Notes: generated from the letters alone by a model not told the origin. 54,661 bases of DNA from Phycisphaerales bacterium (GCA_030631415.1 DAOVLE010000002.1:1-54661), one strand, 5' to 3'; numbered from the stretch's first letter, positions 19,456 to 29,645 are shown. Translations and numbers: made by a program.

Positions 19456-19562
19456 GAAATGGAAAATGGAAAATGGAAAATGTTGACTTGGCAACATTTT
19501 CAGTTGTAGGGCGGGTTCCACCCGCCTTTATCACATTGCGCGGCGGGTGAAACCCGCCCTAC
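19455..19562. repeat. GGAAAAT heptamer array plus GTAG REP doublet
   Basis: GGAAATGGAAAATGGAAAATGGAAAATG, then GTAGGGCGGGTTCCACCCGCC...GGCGGGTGAAACCCGCCCTAC. Confidence 0.75.
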
Positions 19563-19698
19563 TTACTTGTTGCCTCGTTGCCTCATGCCTCATTCCCGCA
19601 CGTCCCATAAACGGGCTGGGTTTTCAAACGATTGGTGACTTTGGCGATGCTTGAATCCGATATAGCTAAAACGGTGAGACAGAAGTGGAGCGGCGCCG

Positions 19699-20988
19699 AT
19701 GCTGTACGTCCCGATAGATAAGATCAAGCCCGGAATGGTGGTGGCCAGACCGATCTGCCACTCGCGCAGCGGTGTGCACTATGTCCAAAAGGGGTACGAA
19801 CTCGACGCTCGAACGATCACTCGCTTGAAGGACCTGGGAGTCGTCAGCCTGTGGGCTGAGTGCGGCAATCTGCCCCAGGTGAACGAGAAGATCAACGAAA
19901 AAGTGCTGGACCAGAGGCGGGAACTGGACCAAACCCTCAACCATTCACTCGATCAGCTCCGCAACCGGACCGACGCGATCATCGACTGCTCGCATTTCGA
20001 GGAGAAGGTGGGGAGTTTGCTTAACGAAGTCCTGGAAGACCCCACGCATCAGCCCCTCCTGGTTGCCATGGGGGAAGATTGCCACAGTTTGGCCCGGCAT
20101 CTGACCAACTGTTGCTACTTGTGCCTGCTGCTGGGCACGCATCTGTCCGGATATGTTCGCCATCAACGTCGCAAGATGCCGCACTACATCGCCGAAGACA
20201 TCCGCCACCTGGGCATGGGGGCATTCATCCATGATCTGGGCAAAGCCCACCTCCTCGACGAAACCCAGAAGACGCACATCCTCAACGCCGACCCGGAAGA
20301 CAAAGCCTATCTTGCCCACACCAGGATCGGTTATGAACTGGTTCGCGGGCAGGTCTCATCGCTGGCGGCGTACATGGTGGTGCACCATCACCAGCGTTTC
20401 GACGGGAAGGGATTCCCCAAAGTTAAGGCACGTAACCCCAAAAGCCGGGCAGCGGGTGTGGCGGGGGAGAAGATTCATATCTTCGCCCGCATCCTGAGCA
20501 TCGCGGATGTGTTCGACCATTTGCTTGGCACCCCTGATGAGCCGATGCCGACCATTTACGCATTGCACGCATTGCAGCAGCCGCGCTTCAACGGGTGGTT
20601 CGACCCCATAGTGCTGGCGGCGTTGAACCGGTTGATGCCCCCATTCATGCTCGGATCGGTGGTGACGCTGACGGACGGCTCCAGTGCGGTGGTGGTCGAT
20701 AATCACTCCAGCGCCCCCTGCCATCCGATCGTTCGCATCATCACCGGCGAGCCCGGAACCCCCGGATCCACCGTCTCCGACAAGGACATCAACCTCCGAA
20801 CACATCCAAGCCTCGATGTGTGCCAGGTGGATGGCGTCGATGTTCAGCCGTATTTCTATGACCCGCCGGATATATCCGATGGTGTGATGGCCTATTGGGG
20901 GCTGCGCCGCAAGGCGGCCAAAGCGGTCACCGTGGACTCTTTCGCCATCGCGCCCGAAAGCGAACCGCTTACCCCAACACCTCCGTAA
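19699..20988 (+). CDS. HD-GYP domain protein (c-di-nucleotide phosphodiesterase-like)
   Basis: IHDLGK, HHHQRFDGKGFP, ARILSIADVFD, FDP. Confidence 0.88.
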   Translation: MLYVPIDKIKPGMVVARPICHSRSGVHYVQKGYELDARTITRLKDLGVVSLWAECGNLPQVNEKINEKVLDQRRELDQTLNHSLDQLRNRTDAIIDCSHFEEKVGSLLNEVLEDPTHQPLLVAMGEDCHSLARHLTNCCYLCLLLGTHLSGYVRHQRRKMPHYIAEDIRHLGMGAFIHDLGKAHLLDETQKTHILNADPEDKAYLAHTRIGYELVRGQVSSLAAYMVVHHHQRFDGKGFPKVKARNPKSRAAGVAGEKIHIFARILSIADVFDHLLGTPDEPMPTIYALHALQQPRFNGWFDPIVLAALNRLMPPFMLGSVVTLTDGSSAVVVDNHSSAPCHPIVRIITGEPGTPGSTVSDKDINLRTHPSLDVCQVDGVDVQPYFYDPPDISDGVMAYWGLRRKAAKAVTVDSFAIAPESEPLTPTPP

Positions 20989-21775
20989 CGAAACGGCGGA
21001 TCAGTTGTGCGGTGCCCGTCGGGCCTGGGTGGTCGGCGATCCAGCCGCCGGCACGCTCCACCACTGCCCGCACCTCGGCGTCGGCATCGGCGGGGCAGCC
21101 CACAAACCCCGCACAACGCCCATCGAGCATGTCGATGTCATTGTGCTGATCGCCGACCGTGAGAATCCGCTCGCGTGGGACCGCAAGCTCCAGGGTCGCA
21201 TCCGCCAGAACGCGACCTTTGCCGAACGCGGCGCAGGTCACGATCACCCACGCCCCGTTGCGCAACACCTGCATGCCGCTTTCCGATGCGATCAACCCCG
21301 CCACACGAGCCGCAAAAGCCACCGGGTCGGCGGACCGGCTCAAAAGCCACCCCACAAACTCCGAAGAGGGGAAGTACTCCGCCACGGCAAAGTCTGCCAC
21401 CAGCCGCTCCAAATGCGGGGCGAGCACCTCTTTTGCCCGGCGACTGAGTTTTTGTGCTTCCTGCTTGGCCTGGTTGTTATAGGGCTGACGGGGGCGCAAA
21501 GCCCCGTCGGCGGAATGCACGTCGTGGATGTAGCGCTCGCCGGACATGATCGCAAACGGCAGGGCTGTCAGGGTGCGGCAGGCCTGGATTATGCCCTGCT
21601 GATTGTGGGCACGCCGTCCGGAGTTGGTGCACCACATAGCCCCGAGAGCGGTGGCTGCGTTGATTTCCTGCGCCACCGCTTCGGAAAACCAAGCGTGAAT
21701 CGTGTCCGACTCGACGCTGGTTCCGTCCAGGTCCAGGCAGATGATTGCGGAAGGGGTGTGATTCTTCTGGCCCAT
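20969..21775 (-). CDS. HAD-IIB/Cof family hydrolase
   Basis: DLDGT, NSGR, KG, GDQHNDIDML. Start is coupled (TAATG) to the upstream lipoprotein gene. Confidence 0.88.
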   Translation of the reverse strand: MGQKNHTPSAIICLDLDGTSVESDTIHAWFSEAVAQEINAATALGAMWCTNSGRRAHNQQGIIQACRTLTALPFAIMSGERYIHDVHSADGALRPRQPYNNQAKQEAQKLSRRAKEVLAPHLERLVADFAVAEYFPSSEFVGWLLSRSADPVAFAARVAGLIASESGMQVLRNGAWVIVTCAAFGKGRVLADATLELAVPRERILTVGDQHNDIDMLDGRCAGFVGCPADADAEVRAVVERAGGWIADHPGPTGTAQLIRRFVTEVLG

Positions 21776-22155
21776 TACTTTTGTGGTGCCTCGGTCTGTT
21801 TGTCTTTTTGCTTTTCCAGGACGGCGGTAATAACGCCGTTGCCCGTCTCCAGCGTAAGGGCCAGCGTCCCGCCCAACCGTAGAGTCCCCGAGTAGGTTTG
21901 GGGCGGCTGGCCTTGCGGCTTGAGCCTCAGTTGTGAGCCGGCCCACTCATACGTTCCCGAACTCGTGTCGGCTCGAACCCCCTCGCCGTGGGTGACACAA
22001 TAGGTTCCCTCATCGGTGAAGGTCACCGAGGCGATGGGAAAGCGAGCATATTCGGGCTTGACTTCGATGGTGGACCACGACCCGGTCAGGCTGCATCCGC
22101 TGAGCAGAACGAGACCGCCCAGCGTGATTATCGAAAGGGGGCGAATTGATGGCAT
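21775..22155 (-). CDS. Hypothetical lipoprotein (lipocalin-like beta protein)
   Basis: Lipobox LLSGC followed by LTGSW and F..EGTY patterns. Confidence 0.75.
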   Translation of the reverse strand: MPSIRPLSIITLGGLVLLSGCSLTGSWSTIEVKPEYARFPIASVTFTDEGTYCVTHGEGVRADTSSGTYEWAGSQLRLKPQGQPPQTYSGTLRLGGTLALTLETGNGVITAVLEKQKDKQTEAPQK

Positions 22156-22256
22156 GTTCAAGCCTCTCTGCACTCCAAGGGCATTACGTTTCAAACTGCC
22201 GTTGCGATTCACCATCCGACCAGTGCCGCCCCCTTACAGTCGCGGCACTGATTGGT

Positions 22257-22495
22257 GGGTGGCCCATCGCTTTAGCGGTGGGGGACACGAATGATTCACC
22301 CGAGTGCGTCAGCCCCCGTAGCAACATGGGCGCTTGGATTCGCGTCCCCCACGGCTAAAGCCATGGGCCACCCAAACCACGTCTGGAGAGTATCGTTGGC
22401 GGAGGATGGCTGTCAACGTTACCATGCCGGCAAGATTGTGGTGAGTGAACGTCACGGAGGGGTGGCCCATCGCTTTAGCGGTGGGCCACCCAGGC
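22257..22495. repeat. GGGTGGCCCATCGCTTTAGCGGTGGG REP family cluster
   Basis: An inverted pair at 22257-22373 plus a third copy. The same motif occurs at 32167, 40888-41005 and 54481. Confidence 0.8.
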
Positions 22496-22594
22496 CACGT
22501 CTGGAGAGTCTTCTGGGCTTGACAATCTCCCGGTGAGCGATCATATTTAATTTCGGTTGACTCTTGCGAAGATTATCATGTGGAGGGTTGCGCC

Positions 22595-23014
22595 ATGGCA
22601 AACTGCCCGGGGAGTTCGTATCCCAAGCATCGAGACCAGCTTTGGCGTCTTGTTCAGCAGCATCTTGAACTGCGTGACGAACCCTTGCTTCTCGCGGTCT
22701 ATTATGCTCCAGAGCGAGACCTGAATGACGTTTTTCTGTTTGAAGTAATTGAAAACTTTGGCGGAAATGGCACTGACGTAAAGCACGATTTGTTCGAGGT
22801 CACTTATGGTTCGGTAAGCGCATTCACTCTTGAACACGACCAGCGCCTCCATCTTGTGTTGACCAATCTGCTGGAATTCCGGGTTGCGGTCCAAGAGGGC
22901 TGGGCTCATATTGGCGAGCTTCAAAAGGCTTTTCACGGGAATCAGGCGGACATCCTTCATCAACAAGCCGACAATGATTTGCTTGACGAGCTTCTGGAGA
23001 AAATCCGTGAGTGA
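22595..23014 (+). CDS. Hypothetical protein, putative partner of the HEPN gene
   Basis: GGAGG RBS then ATG at 22595. The stop overlaps the next gene. Confidence 0.7.
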   Translation: MANCPGSSYPKHRDQLWRLVQQHLELRDEPLLLAVYYAPERDLNDVFLFEVIENFGGNGTDVKHDLFEVTYGSVSAFTLEHDQRLHLVLTNLLEFRVAVQEGWAHIGELQKAFHGNQADILHQQADNDLLDELLEKIRE

Positions 23015-23540
23015 GCCGGGAGCCGATCTCTGGATGCGACAGGCTTGGTCGGATTTTCAAGCTGCTAAACGCGTACTCGATCGTAATGATCAGTCCACGT
23101 TCTGCCATCAGATTTCCAAGTGCCAGCAAACCGTTGAAAAGGCAATCAAAGCCATGGTTGCGGCACTTCGTCTCTCTGGAATTATCGAGACGTCACCTGG
23201 GTATCGACACCCCGTTGAGAATCTGGTATCCGTGCTTACCCATTTGCCCCATCAGCAGGAAAATCGAGAAATCCAGAACGAAATCTTCGGTTTGCTGCAT
23301 GAGCATCATCGGGGGGAAATCCGTGCAATATGTGCCCTTGCTCCGCGACGACCGGCACCAGGGCAACTGGCGCCCAAAAATACAGAATACCCTTTTCAGC
23401 GGAGCACCGACGAGTGGGTGGCGCCAACTGATCAAGGTGTCTTCCAAGACAAAGACACCTCGCGCTTTCGGAAAATTGCGACGAGCATTTGCGAAGGTGC
23501 TGCAAGAATCGTCTCGGCACAACGCCGAGTGAATCCCTAA
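23007..23540 (+). CDS. HEPN domain protein
   Basis: WMRQAWSDFQAA...CQQTVEKAIKA...H...TEYP, a HEPN (sacsin-type) pattern. Confidence 0.78.
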   Translation: MSEPGADLWMRQAWSDFQAAKRVLDRNDQSTFCHQISKCQQTVEKAIKAMVAALRLSGIIETSPGYRHPVENLVSVLTHLPHQQENREIQNEIFGLLHEHHRGEIRAICALAPRRPAPGQLAPKNTEYPFQRSTDEWVAPTDQGVFQDKDTSRFRKIATSICEGAARIVSAQRRVNP

Positions 23541-23597
23541 CCCAATTCTCAGAGGGCATATAAAAAGGTTGGAGAACCGGGGCAAGAGGCGATCAGA

Positions 23598-23643
23598 TGT
23601 AGGGTGGGTTCCACCTCGCTCCGCGAGGTTCCACCCACCCTAC
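23598..23643. repeat. GTAG REP palindrome
   Basis: GTAGGGTGGGTTCCACCTCGCTCCGCGAGGTTCCACCCACCCTAC. Related to 27961-28052 and 29521-29611. Confidence 0.8.
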
Positions 23644-23667
23644 GCCCGATCCTGTTTGGAGGCAAAC

Positions 23668-24855
23668 ATGACCACACAAACGCAGAGCATCGCACCTGCA
23701 ACGGTGTCGCTGCTTACGCCGTCGGGTGTGGGGGCTATCGCGGTGATTCGTGTTGAGGGCACAGGTGCCGAGCATCTGCTTCGTCGATTATTTCGCCCAC
23801 GCGGTGGTCTTTGTGAGGCATTTGAGCCGAGCTGTATCCACTACGGCGAACTTCGCGATGGTGAGGAGTTGATCGACGAGGTGTTGGTGGTGCCTGCGGT
23901 GTCTACCCTTTGCCCCGGGGAGGCAGGGTTTGATATTTGTGCTCACGGCGGCATCCGCGTGGTGGAGCGGATTGTGATGGCCTTTGCGCGATCCGGGGCA
24001 AGGTTTGTGCCGCGAGAGGACAGTAGCGGTTGGGCGGCAGATAGCATTATCGAGGCGGAAGTATTGGAGGGCCTGGCACAGGCTCGCACCCGCCGGGCAG
24101 TGCGGTTTCTGCTTCGCCAACGTGCCGCCCTGGCGGCTGAGCTCCGCCGCATCGCCGAGATGGCTGGGCAGAACGCCCAGACCGCCATGGCAGCACTGGA
24201 AAGCCTGCTGAACGTTTCACGGGGCGGTCGCTTTCTGGTCGAGGGTGCCACTGTGGCGATTTCAGGGCCATCGAACGTGGGCAAGTCCACGCTGGCCAAC
24301 CGTCTGGCGGGTGCGGATCGCTCGCTGGTTTCGCCCATACCGGGCACAACGCTGGATTGGGTGGCACATGAGACCGCCCTGGCGGGCATTCCCGTGACGC
24401 TGGTTGACACCCCAGGGTACGGGCACTCGGGCGGGGCCTTGGATGACCTCGCCTCGGAGCGGGCACGCCAACGGGCAGCCAGTGCAGACCTGCACCTGCG
24501 GGTGTTCGACGGCTCTCAGCCGCCGCCGACAACCGATACAGAATACACCGCCGGCGGCGTAGCAGCCCTGTTAGTGCTGAACAAGAGCGATTTGAGATGC
24601 GTATGGCCTGACTCGTTTACGCCCGATTCGCTGCATTGCCGAGGCATGGTCAGGGTTTCGGCAACTCGGGGGACCAACGTGGACGCCCTGGTTCTGGAAA
24701 TCGGACGCACGCTGGGGGTGGATTGGGCCGATGAATCAATTACCGGCTTCTTCACCCACAGGCAAATCAACCTGGCAAAGAAGCTGATTCACCTGTGGAG
24801 AACGTCAGCTTTGGCGGAGGATGTTATGGTGGAATTATTCGGTGAAAAGAGGTGA
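23668..24855 (+). CDS. MnmE/TrmE-like GTPase (short, atypical)
   Basis: TPSGVGAIAVIRVEG, IDEVLV, HGG, G1 GPSNVGKST, PGTT, DTPG, NKSD. Confidence 0.82.
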   Translation: MTTQTQSIAPATVSLLTPSGVGAIAVIRVEGTGAEHLLRRLFRPRGGLCEAFEPSCIHYGELRDGEELIDEVLVVPAVSTLCPGEAGFDICAHGGIRVVERIVMAFARSGARFVPREDSSGWAADSIIEAEVLEGLAQARTRRAVRFLLRQRAALAAELRRIAEMAGQNAQTAMAALESLLNVSRGGRFLVEGATVAISGPSNVGKSTLANRLAGADRSLVSPIPGTTLDWVAHETALAGIPVTLVDTPGYGHSGGALDDLASERARQRAASADLHLRVFDGSQPPPTTDTEYTAGGVAALLVLNKSDLRCVWPDSFTPDSLHCRGMVRVSATRGTNVDALVLEIGRTLGVDWADESITGFFTHRQINLAKKLIHLWRTSALAEDVMVELFGEKR

Positions 24856-25076
24856 GAAAACCGCCGGGCAGAGGGCTATAATTGTCTGGTTTTACAGCAC
24901 GGGGTGAGACTTTGGGGGTGGGGGGCGGTTTGGGGCGACTGATCGGCTCAACTACCTGCTCTCCAAAGGTTGATAGACGGGGTAAGGCAACGTAGATTGT
25001 TGTACGCGGTCATGTAGAATGGTCGGATCATCACCGGTTCGCCATTGCAGAGTTTAGTTTTGTCGGTAGGAAACGA

Positions 25077-26336
25077 GTGTCGAACACGCAGAACCATCGA
25101 GGAGATACCCAACTGGCGCGTCTGCTACTCGATCAGAGCCTGGTAGGTTCCGACGAGATGTCCAAGTGCCTGGCGAAGCAAAAGGAGCTGCGCGAGCAGG
25201 GCATCGACAAGCCTTTGGCGGAAATCCTGGTCGAGTTCCAGTACGTCACCTCTTCGCAGATCGAGCGGATCGCCAAGTTCCCCGATGACGAGTCGTTATA
25301 TCAGCCGGCCCAGCAAATCCCCGGTTTTCAGATTCTCTCGAAGGTGGGCCAGGGGGCGATGGCCACGGTGTTCAAAGCCAAGCAGCTCCGGCTGGACCGG
25401 ATAGTGGCTGTCAAGGTCCTGCCGAAGCGTTTGAGCGAGAACCCCGAGTTTGTGGACCGGTTCTACCGTGAGGGTCGTGCGGCGGCGCGTTTGAATCATC
25501 CCAACATCGTGCAGGCGATCGACGTGGGCGAAGCCGCCGGATACCACTACTTCGTGATGGAATACGTGGACGGCAAGACGGTCTACGATGGGCTCACCAA
25601 CGGCGGATGCTATAAGGAAGACGAGGCTCTTTCGATTCTGCGGCAGGTCAGCCAAGCCCTGGAGCACGCCCACGCACGCGGTTTTATACACCGCGACGTC
25701 AAACCGAAAAACATTATGATCACCAAGGAAGGGGTGGTGAAGTTGGCGGATATGGGTCTGGCTCGGGAGATCAGCGATTACGAGACCGCCAAGGCAGAGG
25801 CCGGCCGAGCCTACGGAACCCCCTATTACATCAGCCCCGAGCAGATTCGCGGGGAGGTCAACATCGACTTTCGGGCGGACATCTATTCGCTAGGTGCAAC
25901 CATGTATCACATGGTCACCGGGCGGGTCCCCTTCGAGGGCTCCACTCCCACGGCAGTGATGCACAAGCATCTCAGGGAACCGCTCATCCCGCCCGACCAC
26001 ATCAACATGAACCTGTCATCGGGGATTGGCGAGATCATCGAGGTGATGATGGCCAAACGCCGCGAGGAGCGTTACAGCTCTGCCACCGAGTTGATCTCGG
26101 ACATCGAAGCCGTGCTCGGCGGCGACCCGCCCTTCCAGGCGCGCAAACGCTACGATCAGGGTCTGCTCAGAAGCATCGCCGACTCCGGGGTGACGGTCTA
26201 CACCCCCAAGCCTGAGGATATCAACCCATCCGAGAAATCCACCCAGAACTGGACCGCCGTGTTGGTGTTGTCTTTCTTTCTGGCCCTTTCGATACTGATC
26301 AACATCTGGTTATTGCAGGAATTGATCTCAAAGTAG
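25077..26336 (+). CDS. Hanks-type Ser/Thr protein kinase with C-terminal TM
   Basis: GQGAMATV, VAVKVL, HRDVKPKN, DMGLA, GTPYYISPEQ, DIYSLG. Confidence 0.95.
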   Translation: MSNTQNHRGDTQLARLLLDQSLVGSDEMSKCLAKQKELREQGIDKPLAEILVEFQYVTSSQIERIAKFPDDESLYQPAQQIPGFQILSKVGQGAMATVFKAKQLRLDRIVAVKVLPKRLSENPEFVDRFYREGRAAARLNHPNIVQAIDVGEAAGYHYFVMEYVDGKTVYDGLTNGGCYKEDEALSILRQVSQALEHAHARGFIHRDVKPKNIMITKEGVVKLADMGLAREISDYETAKAEAGRAYGTPYYISPEQIRGEVNIDFRADIYSLGATMYHMVTGRVPFEGSTPTAVMHKHLREPLIPPDHINMNLSSGIGEIIEVMMAKRREERYSSATELISDIEAVLGGDPPFQARKRYDQGLLRSIADSGVTVYTPKPEDINPSEKSTQNWTAVLVLSFFLALSILINIWLLQELISK

Positions 26337-26360
26337 GGCGGGTTCCACCCGCCTTCCCGG

Positions 26361-26867
26361 CTAATCGGTTTCGTCGAAGAGGGTTTGCTGAGCCGGTGAT
26401 TCGACGGCGGCGCGGGCTTTGACCTCGCGGATTTCGTCGATGAACTCGTCCACGTCCTTAAACTTGCGGTAGACACTCATGAATCGGACGTAGGCAATGT
26501 GATTCAGCTTGCGCAGACGCCGGGCGACGCACTCGCCGATTTCGGCGCTGGTCACTTCCCGGTCGTGGTTTTTGAAGATATCGCCCTCGATGGCGTCCAC
26601 CAACTCATCGATACAATCCACGTCGAGGGGCAGCTTGTAGCAGGCGTGGTCGATGCCGACAAGCAGCTTCTCGCGGCGGTAGGGAACTCGTGTCCCGTTG
26701 TTTTTGATTACGGCGAGGCGGAGTTCCTCCTCGATGCGCTCCTTGGTGGTGAACCTGCGTTTGCAGACGGTGCACAGGCGGCGGCGACGAATAGCAGCCC
26801 CACCATCGGTTGCACGCGAATCGATGACCTTGTCCTTGTTCACCTCTTTACAGGAAGGGCAACGCAT
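26361..26867 (-). CDS. nrdR: Transcriptional repressor NrdR
   Basis: MRCPSC...KVIDSR...IRRRRLC..C.RRFTTKE, ATP cone, AYVRFMSVYRKF. Confidence 0.96.
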   Translation of the reverse strand: MRCPSCKEVNKDKVIDSRATDGGAAIRRRRLCTVCKRRFTTKERIEEELRLAVIKNNGTRVPYRREKLLVGIDHACYKLPLDVDCIDELVDAIEGDIFKNHDREVTSAEIGECVARRLRKLNHIAYVRFMSVYRKFKDVDEFIDEIREVKARAAVESPAQQTLFDETD

Positions 26868-27038
26868 AGGGTTTGTAACCTTCCACCTGACGCCCACACC
26901 GCAGACCACAGGTTCACGGCGGTTGTTATCTGACCTCTGCCTGAAAGTGCAGAGTATCAGCCCTAAGCCTACAGGGTCAAGTCAAAAAAACCCCCCCAGC
27001 CCTGGACGGGGTGGTTTGTAGCTCTAATCTATGCAACC

Positions 27039-27941
27039 ATGGCAGCGCAGATGGTGGACAAGCGTATCGGTAATGTGCGAATTCTGGGCTACAGTATTGC
27101 CGGTGAGGAGACCGCTATTGCGGTGCCGGAACTTAATGTAGCTTTCGACCCAGGCCGTGCACCGGCGGAGATTATCCCGCTCGATAATCTTTGCGTATCC
27201 CACGGGCACATGGACCATGCTGCGGGGATCGCCTACTACCTGTCACAGCGTGGTTTCCTTGGAATTGCGCCGGGGCGGGTCATTATCCACCGAGGCCTGG
27301 CTCAACATGTCCAGCGTTTGATGGGCGTGTGGGCGGACCTCGAGGGGCATCATTCACCGGGGCTGATCGAGGGGGTGGCAGGTGGTGACGAGATTGCTCT
27401 GCGTCGCAATCTGGTATTGCGTATATTTGACGTGGTGCATTGTGCCGGTGCATTGGGGTTCGCGGTCGTCGAGAAGCGTCACAAGCTCAAAAGTGAGTTT
27501 GCCGACCACACCGGCCCCCAGCTTGTGGAACTCAAGAAGAAGGGCGTGGATATCCACCATCACATCGAGGCGCCGTTGGTGGCTTATTGTGGGGACACTG
27601 CGGTGGGCGACTTCCTGGACCTGCCCTCCGTTCGCAACGCGGAGGTTCTCCTTTTGGAATGCACCTTCTTTGCGGCTGAGCACGTGTCGCGTGCTCGTGC
27701 CGGCCGACACATTCACGTCCGTGATTTACCGGTGATTCTGCGGCGTTTGAACAATCCCAATGTGGTTCTCACCCACCTGACCCGGCGCACGGGGATGCGT
27801 GAAGCCAAAGTGGCTTTGCGTAATTGTTTATCAGCGGCGGACCTTGAGCGTGTAACGATCCTGATGGACCGCCCACCCTACAGGCCCAGACACCCGCGTG
27901 GGCGCTCCCTTGGCGAAGACCACAAACCCCCACCCGCGTGA
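27039..27941 (+). CDS. MBL-fold metallo-hydrolase (RNase Z-like)
   Basis: SHGHMDHAAG, AYCGDT, LECTF, HIH. Confidence 0.85.
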   Translation: MAAQMVDKRIGNVRILGYSIAGEETAIAVPELNVAFDPGRAPAEIIPLDNLCVSHGHMDHAAGIAYYLSQRGFLGIAPGRVIIHRGLAQHVQRLMGVWADLEGHHSPGLIEGVAGGDEIALRRNLVLRIFDVVHCAGALGFAVVEKRHKLKSEFADHTGPQLVELKKKGVDIHHHIEAPLVAYCGDTAVGDFLDLPSVRNAEVLLLECTFFAAEHVSRARAGRHIHVRDLPVILRRLNNPNVVLTHLTRRTGMREAKVALRNCLSAADLERVTILMDRPPYRPRHPRGRSLGEDHKPPPA

Positions 27942-27960
27942 GTCCATGGTGGAGCTTCCT

Positions 27961-28090
27961 GTAGGGTGGGTGGAGCTTCGCGGAGCGAAGCACAACCCAC
28001 CCGCATCGGTTGGTGGGTTCCACCTCGCTCCGCGAAGTTCCACCCACCCTACGACTCAACCCAATCAGTGCCGCGACCGTAAGGGAGCGA
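27961..28090. repeat. GTAG REPIN plus AGTGCCGCGACCGTAAGGGAGCG REP
   Basis: GTAGGGTGGG...CCCACCCTAC doublet. The second motif recurs at 40805-40869 and 34610-34630. Confidence 0.8.
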
Positions 28091-29329
28091 CTAATCGATA
28101 TTGAACACCGAGTTATACTCTCCGAACTCGTTTACCTCTGCCACTGGATTGGCGGTATCGTGTGACCACTGGTCGTCTATTACCAGGCGGTAGCGATAGC
28201 ACCCGGTGGACAGTTGCAAGGTGGTGTGGAAATCCCCGTTTCCGGCCCGTTGCATGGGGGTGTGGGCCGGTGTCCAGTCGTTGAAATCGCCGGCGATCTC
28301 GACACAGGAGGCTTCCGGTTTGTGGCAGCGGAATTCGATTCCCTCGCTCGTCCGGTGCACACCGTAGATTTTCTCGATTTTCTTTTCGATTTGGGTAGCG
28401 GTGGCCGGCTCCTGTTCATCCTTTGCATTCGCCATGTTCTCCACCAGCGGGGTGGTGGTAGCCAGCAGACGTTCCGCCTCGGCAGCCATCTCCTCAGCTC
28501 GTTGGAGGATGGCTTCGGTGGGCACCGCCTCGGGCCGGGCCTCAGACAGTGGGGCTTCGACGGAAGCGGTGGATTCGGCTTCGATCACTTCACGAGCCAG
28601 TTTTTGGAAGTCGCGTGCCCCCATGCTGGTGGGGGCGAACTCGCTGATCGGCTGACCGAAGCTCACACTTTCTTTCAGCTTGGTGTTGAAATTGATCACG
28701 CTATCAAACACCAGCGGGCCGAAACGTTCACGCAATTCCGCCAGAATCTCACGCGCCAACTTGGTCCGCACGTCATACTGATTAGCCAGCACTCGGATAC
28801 TGCGTGGAGCAGACCCGTTCGGCAACTCCTCGAGTGTCTGGAGCTGCCGGTTCAACCCGTGCAGCGAGAAGTATCCGGTATCGACTGGGATAATCACGTC
28901 CGTGGCAGCGATAAGCGCGTTGCGGGTCAACAAGCCGATGTGTGGCGGGCAGTCCAGCACCGCATAATCGTACTTGGCTGCGACAGAGGCCAATATCCGG
29001 TTCAGAACGGTCTCAGCCTCGCCGGCATGCTCCAGCTCAAACCGGGCCAAGTCCCGCCGCGAAGGAACCAAATCCAGGTTGGGGGTGATCTGCCAAGCAA
29101 CGCTGCTCAGTTCGACCCGGTTGGAGGAATCGACACTCCTCAGACAATCACCGATGCCAAACTCCACCTGCTCATCGGGAATCGCCATACCCACCCCGCA
29201 GTGAGCCTGAGGGTCCAGGTCCACCAGTAACACACGACGCCCTTCACGGGCCAGCATCGAAGACAAATTGATGGCGATGGTCGTCTTTCCGCATCCCCCT
29301 TTTTGGTTTGCAATAGCAACGATTCTCAT
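28091..29329 (-). CDS. ParA/Soj-family ATPase fused to a C-terminal CBM48/AMPK-beta-type glycogen-binding domain
   Basis: NQKGGCGKTT, DLDPQAH and DCPP motifs. C-terminus VEIAGDFNDW...L.L..G.Y.YRLVIDDQW..D..NP....NEFGEYNS. Confidence 0.9.
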   Translation of the reverse strand: MRIVAIANQKGGCGKTTIAINLSSMLAREGRRVLLVDLDPQAHCGVGMAIPDEQVEFGIGDCLRSVDSSNRVELSSVAWQITPNLDLVPSRRDLARFELEHAGEAETVLNRILASVAAKYDYAVLDCPPHIGLLTRNALIAATDVIIPVDTGYFSLHGLNRQLQTLEELPNGSAPRSIRVLANQYDVRTKLAREILAELRERFGPLVFDSVINFNTKLKESVSFGQPISEFAPTSMGARDFQKLAREVIEAESTASVEAPLSEARPEAVPTEAILQRAEEMAAEAERLLATTTPLVENMANAKDEQEPATATQIEKKIEKIYGVHRTSEGIEFRCHKPEASCVEIAGDFNDWTPAHTPMQRAGNGDFHTTLQLSTGCYRYRLVIDDQWSHDTANPVAEVNEFGEYNSVFNID

Positions 29330-29520
29330 TTGTGGGGCTTTCCTACATCCAGTTGAGGCGACCGTGAAAATTAGCTATGGGCGGGTCTTCGCCTCCTGCC
29401 GCCCGCCGCATAGCAACACTGATAACCCATTGTACACGACAGTTATCGGTCGGTAAAATCAAAAAACTTGACTGTATTTGGTGTGGCCCGGACGCAGTTT
29501 GTGAAGCTGTCGAAAAACCC

Positions 29521-29645
29521 GTAGGGTGGGTGGAACCTCGCGGAGCGAGGTGGAACCCACCAACCGGTGTGGTGGGTTCCACCTGCCTGCGGCAGGTTCC
29601 ACCCACCCTACGGGGGATTCTTTGTTAGGCCTTCTCACCCCCGGC
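29521..29645. repeat. GTAG REPIN with a partial end of the 6073-type element
   Basis: GTAGGGTGGG...CCCACCCTAC followed by GGGGATTCTTTGTTAGGCCTTCTCACCC. Confidence 0.75.

Noticed and set aside
19699-20988. HD-GYP with a GFP variant as a novel enzyme
   Set aside because: HD and the other metal ligands are intact, and GYP to GFP substitution is a common variation.
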